Origin: an uncultured Candidatus Bathyarchaeia archaeon
GTDB taxonomy: Archaea; Thermoproteota; Bathyarchaeia; RBG-16-48-13; GCA-020345945
Length of the DNA: 64,000 nt
Direction: 5' to 3'
NCBI GenBank assembly: GCA_964596985.1
Contig: CAZQWG010000001.1
Location: forward strand, 396,977 to 460,976
The notes beneath the pieces were generated by a model. The model had not been told where the DNA came from and did not search any database. It saw only the letters and a list, made by a program, of their open reading frames with translations. Position 1 is the stretch's first letter. The number at the start of each line of letters is the position of its first letter. Made by a program: the position numbers and the translations under genes. Of the stretch, positions 56,832 to 64,000 are shown one piece after another.

Positions 56832-57170
56832 TTACCCAGTAAGGCAGTTCGCGAGGTGTGGTTGAAGCACCGCCATGCCGGCCTTCATAGCCTCAGCAGC
56901 CATCAACAGCTCAGCAAGGAATACCTCGAACCTCCCGTACTTCTCGCCGATCCCCCTAATCGTCCCTATCAGCGCCCTACTGGCTTCGATCGGATCGACA
57001 CTTCCTCCATACACTCTTTCATCGCTTCCTCGACTCGGTCGGCTTCGTACGTGTCCAGCCCCCCACAGTTTCTCAAGGGGATTCATCCACTTCCTCACCT
57101 TGGCAATATCTAGCGTGCTGCAACCTTGAATATTGAGCAACGACACCGCACAGACAGCCGAGCCTCTCAA
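56832..57170 (-). pseudogene. fragment of a corrinoid-protein gene (N-terminal cap domain only), ending 3 nt from tRNA-Leu
   Basis: GEKYGRFEVFLAELLMAAEAMKAGMAVLQPHL parallels GELYDSKEYFLMELTLAGNTAAEIMDMIKPEL of 24074..24730. There is no DxHxxG Rossmann domain. Confidence 0.35.
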
Positions 57171-57189
57171 GCATCCAACAGGAGTCGGG

Positions 57190-58383
57190 CTACTTCGATC
57201 TCATACGATAAGCCAGGGAGAACGAGATCACAGCCATGCAGACTAGATGGACGAACACAAAGGCATAGAAGCCGATTCCGCCGACAAGCCAGGTCCACCC
57301 GAACCTAGGTCTGTACCGATGGTAATGGAAGAAAACCGGGAACTCAAGGTACACAGACACCTGGAGAAGCCAGTAGGGGACCCAGTATCTTCTCCTCCAG
57401 ATCTGCATCAGAAGAAACGGAGTAAACCAGGCAATGAATTGGGGGGAGAAGACCTTCGAGAAGAAAATCAGGTTCATCAAGGAGATTGCACAGCACGCCA
57501 GCAGATCCTCTCTTCGACGGCAAGGCAGTAAGAGAACAAGAGCGTAACCAAGGATTTGAAGTGCCCAGAATACTGTGAGTTCGATATCAGCCATCGGATT
57601 ACCCCACAATACCACTGAAAGCAAGCCGGGTAGACTCTGAGGTGTCTGCCTCCTAGAGAGATGATACCCGTAAGCCCCCCTGAAGAAAGAGTGGGCGTCC
57701 ACAGCCAAGAATGGAAATGTATACAAGAAACATAGGGCAACCGCGCCTGCCGCTAATGCGGCGATTGACCTGTGGCCCCGATCGTTCTTGTGCAAGAACT
57801 TTACAAACAGCGGGAGGAGAACGATGGGATACCATTTGAACATAGCCCCTGCACCGAGAAGTAGACCAGCAGAGAGACCCATCCCCCGGAACAGCAGAAA
57901 GGCCGCCAACACGGTGAGAAACGTGGGAATACAATCGTACCGACTCATCCAGGTGTAGAGAATCATAGGACTCAGATTGTATGCGAACGCGCAAGTCAGC
58001 GCCTTCCTTCTCCCGAGCAATTCTCTTCCCATCCTGAATATGAGAAGAGAAGTCAAGAGCTCTAGGGGAAGCTGCACAAGATTCAACATCAACGCAAAAA
58101 CATTCTCCTCACGGCCTGTGACGAGTGAGATCAGGATGAACAGGTAGCTTGCAGCCTGAGGGTACTCGATCGGCATGACGACATACGGGAGACGGGAAGG
58201 AGCGTCTTTTGCAATCTCGAAATACTTGTCGATATCACCGAAACTGCGAATGGCAAAGTTGAAGTCGTGAAAGAGGAAGAGCTGCCCACCACGGAGAAGA
58301 GCGAGACCCAAGAAGAACAAGCGGATCATGAGGGCGCATGCCAGGATACGGGTCTCGTCACCAAACTCTTTGATCGAAGGCAA
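57190..58383 (-). CDS. polytopic membrane glycosyltransferase-like protein (GT-C / DUF2029-like)
   Basis: 397 aa with about 10 TM segments. The assignment rests on architecture only. Confidence 0.5.
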   Translation of the reverse strand: MPSIKEFGDETRILACALMIRLFFLGLALLRGGQLFLFHDFNFAIRSFGDIDKYFEIAKDAPSRLPYVVMPIEYPQAASYLFILISLVTGREENVFALMLNLVQLPLELLTSLLIFRMGRELLGRRKALTCAFAYNLSPMILYTWMSRYDCIPTFLTVLAAFLLFRGMGLSAGLLLGAGAMFKWYPIVLLPLFVKFLHKNDRGHRSIAALAAGAVALCFLYTFPFLAVDAHSFFRGAYGYHLSRRQTPQSLPGLLSVVLWGNPMADIELTVFWALQILGYALVLLLPCRRREDLLACCAISLMNLIFFSKVFSPQFIAWFTPFLLMQIWRRRYWVPYWLLQVSVYLEFPVFFHYHRYRPRFGWTWLVGGIGFYAFVFVHLVCMAVISFSLAYRMRSK

Positions 58384-58528
58384 CCGATTCTCAACTACTG
58401 CAAGAGGACTCGAATAGGATAGCTGTATCGTACTTGCTTACGGGATTGTATACCACACACTACTGCCACCTCATTGCATAGAAAAGATTTATTTTAGGTT
58501 CACGGACAGCTGATACTGCCTCGGCAAT

Positions 58529-58664
58529 GCCTCGGTTCCGTGGAAAAACGGCGAGACAGCTCAGACTGGCCAAACACACGCGTTGGGTCAAAGCGCGACC
58601 TTGGTAAGGTCGAGATCGCGGGTTCGAAACGCCGAGAAGCGCGAACATCCCGCCCGAGGCTCCA
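58529..58664 (+). tRNA. tRNA-Thr(GGU) with three non-canonical introns (after pos 8, D-loop, T-loop) and none at 37/38; CCA encoded
   Basis: Acceptor GCCTCGG/CCGAGGC, uninterrupted anticodon arm CGACC-TTGGTAA-GGTCG, and T-arm GCGGG-TTCGA[19 nt]AT-CCCGC. Introns are about 58537-58557, 58570-58586 and 58628-58646. Confidence 0.75.
58628..58646 (+). repeat. T-loop intron copy 1 (AACGCCGAGAAGCGCGAAC) in tRNA-Thr(GGU)
   Basis: Identical 19-mer at the same T-loop position in three tRNA genes. Confidence 0.8.
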
Positions 58665-58779
58665 CACAAATGACCTCCAGACAAGGCTATGCTTCTTAAG
58701 TAAATGTGAAGATACTAATAACAAAGTCAAACGACGATATACCTCGAAGAGAAGGTATTCCGATCTCGAGGAGATACGG

Positions 58780-59505
58780 GTGCTACAAGTAACAACCCTC
58801 CAAGACCTAGTTGATTTCTTACCCTGGTTCGTTGCAGCTTGTTCCTTGGTGGCGTTGGCATTCATCGTATTCCAATCCTTTCCTCCAACAACTGCACGAA
58901 GAGTTGAGAAGCCCAAACCGAGTCTGAAGCCCCACGTGCAGACCCCTTTAAGGAATACGATAAGCGACCTGAAACTTGAAGAGGCACAAAAAGAGTTGAA
59001 TACGCTACGCATAGAGAGGGACATAGTCAGCTACGCCCTGACAACACTGTTCGAGGCTGAGGCTCAAGGAAAAATAACCGACAGGGAAAGGGACCGACTG
59101 ATCCAGAAGTACAAGGAAGACATGAGGCAGCTAGAGAAGGATATCGAAGAGAAAGAACTGGTCGTCAACCTCCACAAACTGGAAGGTATGCAGACAAACC
59201 TCCTTGAGATGTTCCAGAAACGGTTCGACGAGGTAAGCAGCCGAATAGAAGAGGTCAGATCCAGGCTTAAACTGGAAACCGAGCCCCCCCAGGGGACTCT
59301 CGTCGAGAAGCCGGGAGTGGAAGCAGAGGAAGAAGAAACAGAGCCTGATACTACAGGATTTGATACTACGGAATCCCCGGTAGAAGAAAAGCTCAAAGAG
59401 ATTCAAGAAGAAGTGATGAGGGAACTAGAGAGGCTGAAGCAGATGGAGGCTGAAGAAGGATACGATGAATTGGATCAACACGATGAAGAAGAAGGTAGCG
59501 ATTGA
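58780..59505 (+). CDS. membrane-anchored coiled-coil protein with acidic C-terminus
   Basis: The listed ORF 58540.. overlaps the tRNA. A plausible start is GTG 58780 (GGAG upstream). One TM (FLPWFVAACSLVALAFIVF) is followed by a heptad-rich region. Confidence 0.4.
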   Translation: MLQVTTLQDLVDFLPWFVAACSLVALAFIVFQSFPPTTARRVEKPKPSLKPHVQTPLRNTISDLKLEEAQKELNTLRIERDIVSYALTTLFEAEAQGKITDRERDRLIQKYKEDMRQLEKDIEEKELVVNLHKLEGMQTNLLEMFQKRFDEVSSRIEEVRSRLKLETEPPQGTLVEKPGVEAEEEETEPDTTGFDTTESPVEEKLKEIQEEVMRELERLKQMEAEEGYDELDQHDEEEGSD

Positions 59506-60157
59506 AGCAGTTCAAGAGGTCAAGAACGGATCCATTGTCGGTCTTGGAAGCGGGAGTACCGTAGCGTACGTCATCGAAGAGCTGGGCCGTAGGGTCAAAG
59601 AAGAAGAATTGGAGATCCAAGGCATCCCAACCTCCTACGAGACGATGAAACTCGCGGTACAATACGGCGTACCCCTCACAACCCTCAACGAACATCCAAA
59701 ACCAGACATGGACATAGACGGAGCAGACCAAGTCAACGGAGAACTCAACCTAGTAAAAGGTCTGGGAGGAGCCCTGACAAGAGAAAAGATCGTAGGCAAG
59801 GCGTCGAAGAGGCTCATAATAGTAGTCGACGAGAGAAAATTAACCGACAGACTAGGCGCCGACCAGGTCGTACCGATAGAGGTCATACCGATCGCCACGA
59901 CGGTCGTGACGAACGCACTACGTTCGTTCAACGGGAAAAGCACCCTCAGAAGAATAGGGAACGACGACCTCCAATTCATCACAGACAACGGAAACTTCAT
60001 ACTGGACGTAGACTTCGGGATCATAGAAAACCCGAGAGAACTAGAGAGAAAGCTACAAACCGTAACAGGCATCGTAGAGAACGGACTATTCCTAGACATG
60101 ACCCATAAAGTCTACGTGGGACACAAAGACGGTACAGTCAAGACCCTACACAAGTAA
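59483..60157 (+). CDS. rpiA: ribose-5-phosphate isomerase A
   Basis: GLGSGSTV, DGADQV and KGLGGALTREK. Confidence 0.85.
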   Translation: MKKKVAIEAVQEVKNGSIVGLGSGSTVAYVIEELGRRVKEEELEIQGIPTSYETMKLAVQYGVPLTTLNEHPKPDMDIDGADQVNGELNLVKGLGGALTREKIVGKASKRLIIVVDERKLTDRLGADQVVPIEVIPIATTVVTNALRSFNGKSTLRRIGNDDLQFITDNGNFILDVDFGIIENPRELERKLQTVTGIVENGLFLDMTHKVYVGHKDGTVKTLHK

Positions 60158-60240
60158 GAAGCAGAGGGAGCCGTTGACCTCCCGAGAGAACCGATTCTCC
60201 AGAAGACTTTAAAGAGAAGGTAAGAATTCAACAAGAATAT

Positions 60241-60403
60241 GCCGAGGAAAACTGGTGCCAGAACTCAGCAGAAATGCTGAGACCACTAAGGGGTAGCTCA
60301 GTCTGGTCATGAGCGCCGGACTCATAAGGGAATGAACCGCCTGGAGAAATCCGGAGATCCCGGGTTCGAAACGCCGAGAAGCGCGAACATCCCGGCCTCG
60401 GCA
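60241..60403 (+). tRNA. tRNA-Met/Ile2(CAU), elongator-type, with three introns (46 nt between acceptor stem and pos 8, 22 nt at 37/38, 19 nt in the T-loop)
   Basis: Acceptor GCCGAGG/CCTCGGC, D-arm GCTC..GAGC, anticodon arm CCGGA-CTCATAA-TCCGG and T-arm CCGGG-TTCGA[19]AT-CCCGG. Introns are 60248-60293, 60327-60348 and 60370-60388. CCA is not encoded. Confidence 0.8.
60370..60388 (+). repeat. T-loop intron copy 2 in tRNA-Met(CAU)
   Basis: Identical 19-mer AACGCCGAGAAGCGCGAAC. Confidence 0.8.
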
Positions 60404-60464
60404 TCCTATTCCACGCATCCTACAAACATCTTTTAAGATCCCGCCAAGTTTCAGAGATAGCACT

Positions 60465-60582
60465 GCCTCGGTGGCTCAGCTGGCAGAGCGATAGCCTTGT
60501 ACCCGACTATGAAATGGTCGGTAGGAGAGCTATTGGTCGCGGGTTCGAAACGCCGAGAAGCGCGAACATCCCGCCCGAGGCT
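60465..60582 (+). tRNA. tRNA-Thr(UGU) with two introns (26 nt at 37/38, 19 nt in the T-loop)
   Basis: Acceptor GCCTCGG/CCGAGGC, D-arm GCTC-AGCTGGCA-GAGC and anticodon arm ATAGC-CTTGTAA-GCTAT after removing 60502-60527. The T-loop intron is 60549-60567. Confidence 0.85.
60549..60567 (+). repeat. T-loop intron copy 3 in tRNA-Thr(UGU)
   Basis: Identical 19-mer AACGCCGAGAAGCGCGAAC. Confidence 0.8.
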
Positions 60583-60692
60583 CCTCTTCTTGAAGAACCG
60601 ATGCTGAGAGGCAAAAGCCTGAAGAACAAGGGAGAAAAGAAAACCTAGATATTCGAGCGAAACCCAGCTAGATAGCTGATCTTCACAGAATT

Positions 60693-60784
60693 GGGGTCGT
60701 CGGCTAGCATGGTCTAGGCTATGTGGCTTGGGCCCACGTGACCGGAGAACCTCGAACGGAGTTCAAATCTCCGCGACCCCACCA
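60693..60784 (+). tRNA. tRNA-Pro(UGG) with one 14-nt intron at the variable-loop/T-stem junction; CCA encoded
   Basis: Acceptor GGGGTCG/CGACCCC, anticodon arm TGTGG-CTTGGGC-CCACG and T-arm CGGAG-TTCAAAT-CTCCG. An extra CGGAGAACCTCGAA (60743-60756) duplicates the T-stem 5' strand. Confidence 0.8.
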
Positions 60785-60883
60785 CACAAAGAGATACAAC
60801 ATGTACGGGTACTCGAAACAAAAAGTTTTACAATTCGAAAATCCTTAGGGCATCAAGTACCGCCAGTGTTTGCGGCATCACAT

Positions 60884-60958
60884 GCCAGGATGGCTGAGCG
60901 GATAAGCGAGCGGCTGCAGACCGCTTACACGCAGGTTCAAATCCTGCTCCTGGCTCCA
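60884..60958 (+). tRNA. tRNA-Cys(GCA), intron-less; CCA encoded
   Basis: Standard 75-nt cloverleaf: GCCAGGA..AGCGG-CTGCAGA-CCGCT..GCAGG-TTCAAAT-CCTGC-TCCTGGC-T-CCA. Confidence 0.9.
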
Positions 60959-61029
60959 AGTCACTCACTCAGGTTTACAGAGGGTCACTTGAGATCAACC
61001 TAGCTCGGAAGTCGAGCATCCGTTCAGGT

Positions 61030-61320
61030 TCATACTAGGTTCATTTCACGAAAAGCCTTGACGAGTGTCTTTACATTTCTTGCCTCAAGATTCAGCGCGT
61101 ATAGAGAGATTTCACCGTAGAGCACCTTCTCCACTAGTTTTTCTTCAACAAGTATCCCAATGTTCCTGTTGATCGTTGACCTCCCAAGACCGCTTTGTCT
61201 ACCTATTTTGTAGATTGTAAGTGGCGTCGAGGATCTAGCCAATGTAAGCAGAATCTTTAACCTAGCCCGGTTGCCGAGTGCCTCTATTAGTCTCTCTTTG
61301 CTATCACGGTTTCTGGTCAA
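61030..61320 (-). CDS. ArsR-like winged-helix transcriptional regulator
   Basis: RLKILLTLARSSTPLTIYKIGRQSGLGRSTINRNIGILVEEKLV. Confidence 0.6.
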   Translation of the reverse strand: MTRNRDSKERLIEALGNRARLKILLTLARSSTPLTIYKIGRQSGLGRSTINRNIGILVEEKLVEKVLYGEISLYALNLEARNVKTLVKAFREMNLV

Positions 61321-61326
61321 GACTGA

Positions 61327-62490
61327 TCAAGGCTTCCTTAGATGATCCACGAGGACTCTTTCAAGAACATCAACCTTTATTCCGGGTAGACCAAGTTCTT
61401 CTGTGTTTTCTCCGGGGGCATCGACGATCACGGCATCCCTCAGCCTTCCGACGAATCCTTGAAATGAGACCTCCCCAACAGGTTCGAAACGATACTCCTC
61501 TGAAAGAGCAGCGTACATCTGATACACATTCGTTATTGGCACATAGACAGATTCCTTCTCCTTCTTCAATTCTCTCGCCAAGGCAAGTAGAATATGTTTC
61601 TCTGTTGGGGAGAAGGCGTATATTTCCTCAGTACGTGACTTAGGATCGACCCAGGATTGTGCTTCTCTGACAGCATCAGGCATCACATATGGTGAGCCCT
61701 CGCGTTCAGCTACAAGACCAGCCATGGTAAGCAATTCAAGGGCGTATCTCGCATCCCCACGTCCGTATTCACAGACATTCCGCACGATGAAGCCGAGTAT
61801 CTCGGAGGGGACTGCGTTCTCTCTGAATGCTTCGTCGATTCTTGCGCCGAGGATATCTCTGATCTCATGTTCCTTGTACAACGGGAACTCGACTGTCGTC
61901 TTTACAAAGGTGCTGAGTGTTGAGGAGTCGAATAGGTTCCGGAAAGAATAGTCTCTTGCTATGAGGATCAGGTGAATGCGTTGAGGAACGTCCTGTACCG
62001 AGTCTGCCAAACGCGTCAGATTGTACACTATGTCTTCTCCAGTAGATCTAATGAAGTAGTCGATCTCGTCAAGAACGAGAAGAAGATATCTATCCTTCTT
62101 GTTCAAGTAGTCCCGGAGACCTCTCAGCAACTCATCTGACCCGTACCCTCTAAGGGGCAACTCAGGCGCTGCTTTACGAATTAGGGCCTGAACTAGACTG
62201 AACCCACTAGGAGTCATCCTGCAATTCAGGTACACGAATTCAAGTTGGATTTCATTCTTCTCTGCAATCCTCTTCAGAATAGCGCCGACTCGCTTGGCGG
62301 TAACAGTCTTACCTGCACCACTTTCCCCAACGAGAAGGATCTTCCTCGACAGGACCGCCGGGGTTCTGAATGCAACCTGGAAGAACCCCACAAGCCTTTG
62401 AACGTGGTCTTCTCGATGTGGAAGACGCCTCGGGACATAACTGTAGGAGAGCTTCTCGATACCGTCCTCCCTGAATATTCTACTAGGCAC
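61327..62490 (-). CDS. cdc6: Orc1/Cdc6 replication initiator (AAA+ with C-terminal winged helix)
   Basis: YVPRRLPHRE, Walker A GESGAGKT, Walker B LVLDEID, and a C-terminal wHTH. Confidence 0.9.
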   Translation of the reverse strand: MPSRIFREDGIEKLSYSYVPRRLPHREDHVQRLVGFFQVAFRTPAVLSRKILLVGESGAGKTVTAKRVGAILKRIAEKNEIQLEFVYLNCRMTPSGFSLVQALIRKAAPELPLRGYGSDELLRGLRDYLNKKDRYLLLVLDEIDYFIRSTGEDIVYNLTRLADSVQDVPQRIHLILIARDYSFRNLFDSSTLSTFVKTTVEFPLYKEHEIRDILGARIDEAFRENAVPSEILGFIVRNVCEYGRGDARYALELLTMAGLVAEREGSPYVMPDAVREAQSWVDPKSRTEEIYAFSPTEKHILLALARELKKEKESVYVPITNVYQMYAALSEEYRFEPVGEVSFQGFVGRLRDAVIVDAPGENTEELGLPGIKVDVLERVLVDHLRKP

Positions 62491-62608
62491 TTTGCATCAC
62501 CCTATCCTGAGAGAGCCTGTGAAAAGAATTTTACTCACAGACGGGAAAAAGTGGTTGAGTGACGTGAAACTCTATATAGTGCTCAGCAGGAATATGTTTA
62601 GGTCTGAT

Positions 62609-62813
62609 GGGGGCGTAGTCTAGAGAAGAGGCGAACCCTTCTTCGGAGAACTAGGTATGACAACGGGCTCCAGAGGTCCGTGAAGAGCCATAATACGGGT
62701 ATGCTGACCAGATGGGATGAAGAACTTCCGGAGCGCGAAGAAACCCGTAGGTCGAGAACCGATAGGTTATCGACATGTCGGTCGATAGGGTTCAAGTCCC
62801 TTCGCCCCCACCA
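62609..62813 (+). tRNA. tRNA-Trp(CCA) with three introns (about 27 nt in the D-loop, 69 nt at 37/38, 32 nt in the T-stem); CCA encoded
   Basis: Acceptor GGGGGCG/CGCCCCC, anticodon arm ACGGG-CTCCAGA-CCCGT after removing 62674-62742, and T-arm GAGGG-TTCAAGT-CCCTT after removing 62755-62786. Confidence 0.8.
62674..62742 (+). ncRNA. C/D-box guide RNA embedded in the tRNA-Trp canonical intron
   Basis: C-like GTGAAGA (62680-86), D' CTGA (62704-07), C'-like ATGAAGA (62717-23) and a degenerate D (CGAA/GCGA, 62735-39). The guides are complementary to tRNA positions 38-44 and 31-37. Confidence 0.6.
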
Positions 62814-62867
62814 AAACGCTTCATTTCGAGCCTGTTTCAGGAAAAGAATAGATTTTTCAGCTCTTTT

Positions 62868-64000
62868 TCAGGTTTCTGCCTTCTTGAGGTGGATGTCGAA
62901 TCTTGTTCCTTTCTTCGTGTCTTTCAGTTCGATGGTTCCTTCACTTGTGTCGATGATCCTCTTGACTAAGTAAAGACCGAGACCGCTTCCCATACTTTCT
63001 ACTCTTTTGATTCCTCTCTCGAATAGCTTGTCACTTACTGATGGGGGTATGCCTTTTCCATCGTCTTGGAATGTGACTCGGTAATGGTCTTTCAGTTCAC
63101 GTACTGTGATCTTGATCTTCCTGCATTCAGCGTGATTGATGCTATTGTTCATAAGGTTCGAAAACGCATTCTTCAGTAAAGGATTAGCCAGCACTATTGT
63201 GTCTGTTTTTCCCCTGTAGGTGACTGCAATCCCTTGCTCCTCAGCTTTCAGCGAATTATCTTCAATTGCATCGCTTATCGCCAGGTTGAGATCAATTCTG
63301 ACAGTTTCCCCAGCGAGTTCTTCGACTGTGGAGAGGGCTTGAATCTTATCTATCAGCTCGTTTGCTGTTCCACATATCTCCTTAAGATTTCTCACGTACT
63401 CTTTCTGTTTCTCTAAGAGCTGTGTACGGTTCAGCAGCTCAAGATACCCATAGCCACCTTGAAGCTTGTTTCTTAGATCGTGTCTGAGAAGGGAGTGGAG
63501 GAGCCGCTCTCGTTCTTCAATTCTCTTAAGTCCGCTGATGTCTGTGAATATGCAGATGGCTGGTGCAGATTCCGTACGATCTTCCGGATTGATGGAGGAT
63601 ACTGAAAGAATGGTGTACAGTGTTGAGCCGTCCCTCCTGACGAGTCTCCTCTCACGCGTATCTGCCGTACCAGATTCAAGACGCGACTTTCTTCTTGTCC
63701 TGTAGCCTTCTCTATCGTCTGGATGCACAAAGTCTCTATAGTTCTTTCCTACTAACTCCTCTACAGTGTATCCAAGCATATCAGCCATCTTTTGGTTAGC
63801 AAATGCAATCGTGCGTTCTGGTCCAGTGGTTAGCATGATCCCGTCATGAGCCAGCTCGACCAACGTACGGTACCTTTTCTCCGACTCCCCTAGAGCTTCC
63901 TCCGTTCTCTTCCGTTGGGTGATGTCTGTGAAGAATAGGTGTGCCCCTGCGTACTCGTTTTCCTTGTTGAAGTGGGGGGATATCGATAATAGTAGTGTGA
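62868..64000 (-). CDS. PAS-domain sensor histidine kinase (N-terminus off the right window edge)
   Basis: PAS modules, HisKA H-box LLRHDLRNKL, and HATPase N/G boxes (NLMNNSINH, DDGKGI, GSGLGL). The frame stays open upstream of the listed M to position 64000. Confidence 0.8.
   Translation of the reverse strand, partial: TLLLSISPHFNKENEYAGAHLFFTDITQRKRTEEALGESEKRYRTLVELAHDGIMLTTGPERTIAFANQKMADMLGYTVEELVGKNYRDFVHPDDREGYRTRRKSRLESGTADTRERRLVRRDGSTLYTILSVSSINPEDRTESAPAICIFTDISGLKRIEERERLLHSLLRHDLRNKLQGGYGYLELLNRTQLLEKQKEYVRNLKEICGTANELIDKIQALSTVEELAGETVRIDLNLAISDAIEDNSLKAEEQGIAVTYRGKTDTIVLANPLLKNAFSNLMNNSINHAECRKIKITVRELKDHYRVTFQDDGKGIPPSVSDKLFERGIKRVESMGSGLGLYLVKRIIDTSEGTIELKDTKKGTRFDIHLKKAET

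Noticed and set aside
58460-59024. ORFs overlapping tRNA genes: 58460..58684, 58500..59024, the first 240 nt of 58540..59505, 60209..60463, 56462..56668, 50727..51047, 62598..62795 and 60728..61003.
   Set aside because: The sequence is fully explained by tRNA exons and introns. The shared peptide RASRRFEP is just the translated T-loop intron repeat.
62491-62608. Replication origin upstream of orc1/cdc6.
   Set aside because: The intergenic region is only about 118 nt, and I could not find ORB/mini-ORB-like repeats or an AT-rich unwinding element. An origin may lie elsewhere.
1-64000. Looked for CRISPR arrays, integrases, transposases and terminal inverted repeats of IS elements.
   Set aside because: No regularly spaced direct repeats and no recombinase-like ORFs were seen. 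The only multi-copy sequences are the tRNA T-loop intron, the wHTH paralog block and short operator-like motifs.

Overview
Archaeal chromosomal segment with dense coding, an archaeal histone, Orc1/Cdc6, aIF-1A, tRNA-splicing endonuclease, DGGGP synthase and tungsten AOR. About 70 CDS and 9 tRNA genes are supported. All functional calls come from motif recognition by eye; no searches were run. Most of the window is housekeeping metabolism. It includes a co-directional sulfur-relay cluster at 4.0-7.4 kb: ubiquitin-like protein, E1-like enzyme, HTH regulator, IscS-like, IscU and a small unlisted TRASH-like ORF. It also includes a corrinoid methyltransferase pair. Two regions stand out. (1) 32.5-41.2 kb looks accessory. 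A ParA/MinD ATPase follows two tandem paralogous coiled-coil/wHTH proteins. Next come a radical-SAM (SplB-like) protein fused to a PolX 8-kDa-like HhH domain, three paralogous small wHTH proteins, and an overlapping NurA-like nuclease / short HerA-like ATPase pair with no Mre11/Rad50. Repeated operator-like motifs accompany these genes. This is my best candidate for an uncharacterised DNA-processing, defence or maintenance module. (2) 51-63 kb holds 9 tRNA genes that by manual folding carry about 17 introns, mostly at non-canonical positions. An identical 19-nt intron sits in the T-loop of three different tRNAs, and the tRNA-Trp intron carries a C/D-box guide. Other oddities are an IscS-like protein lacking the PLP lysine, a ubiquitin-like protein with a 5-residue tail after GG, three genes with a stop, frameshift or missing start, an orphan Cas2-like ORF, a short FtsZ paralog with a membrane partner, and a 700-nt ORF-free gap. 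No CRISPR array, integrase or transposase was seen.
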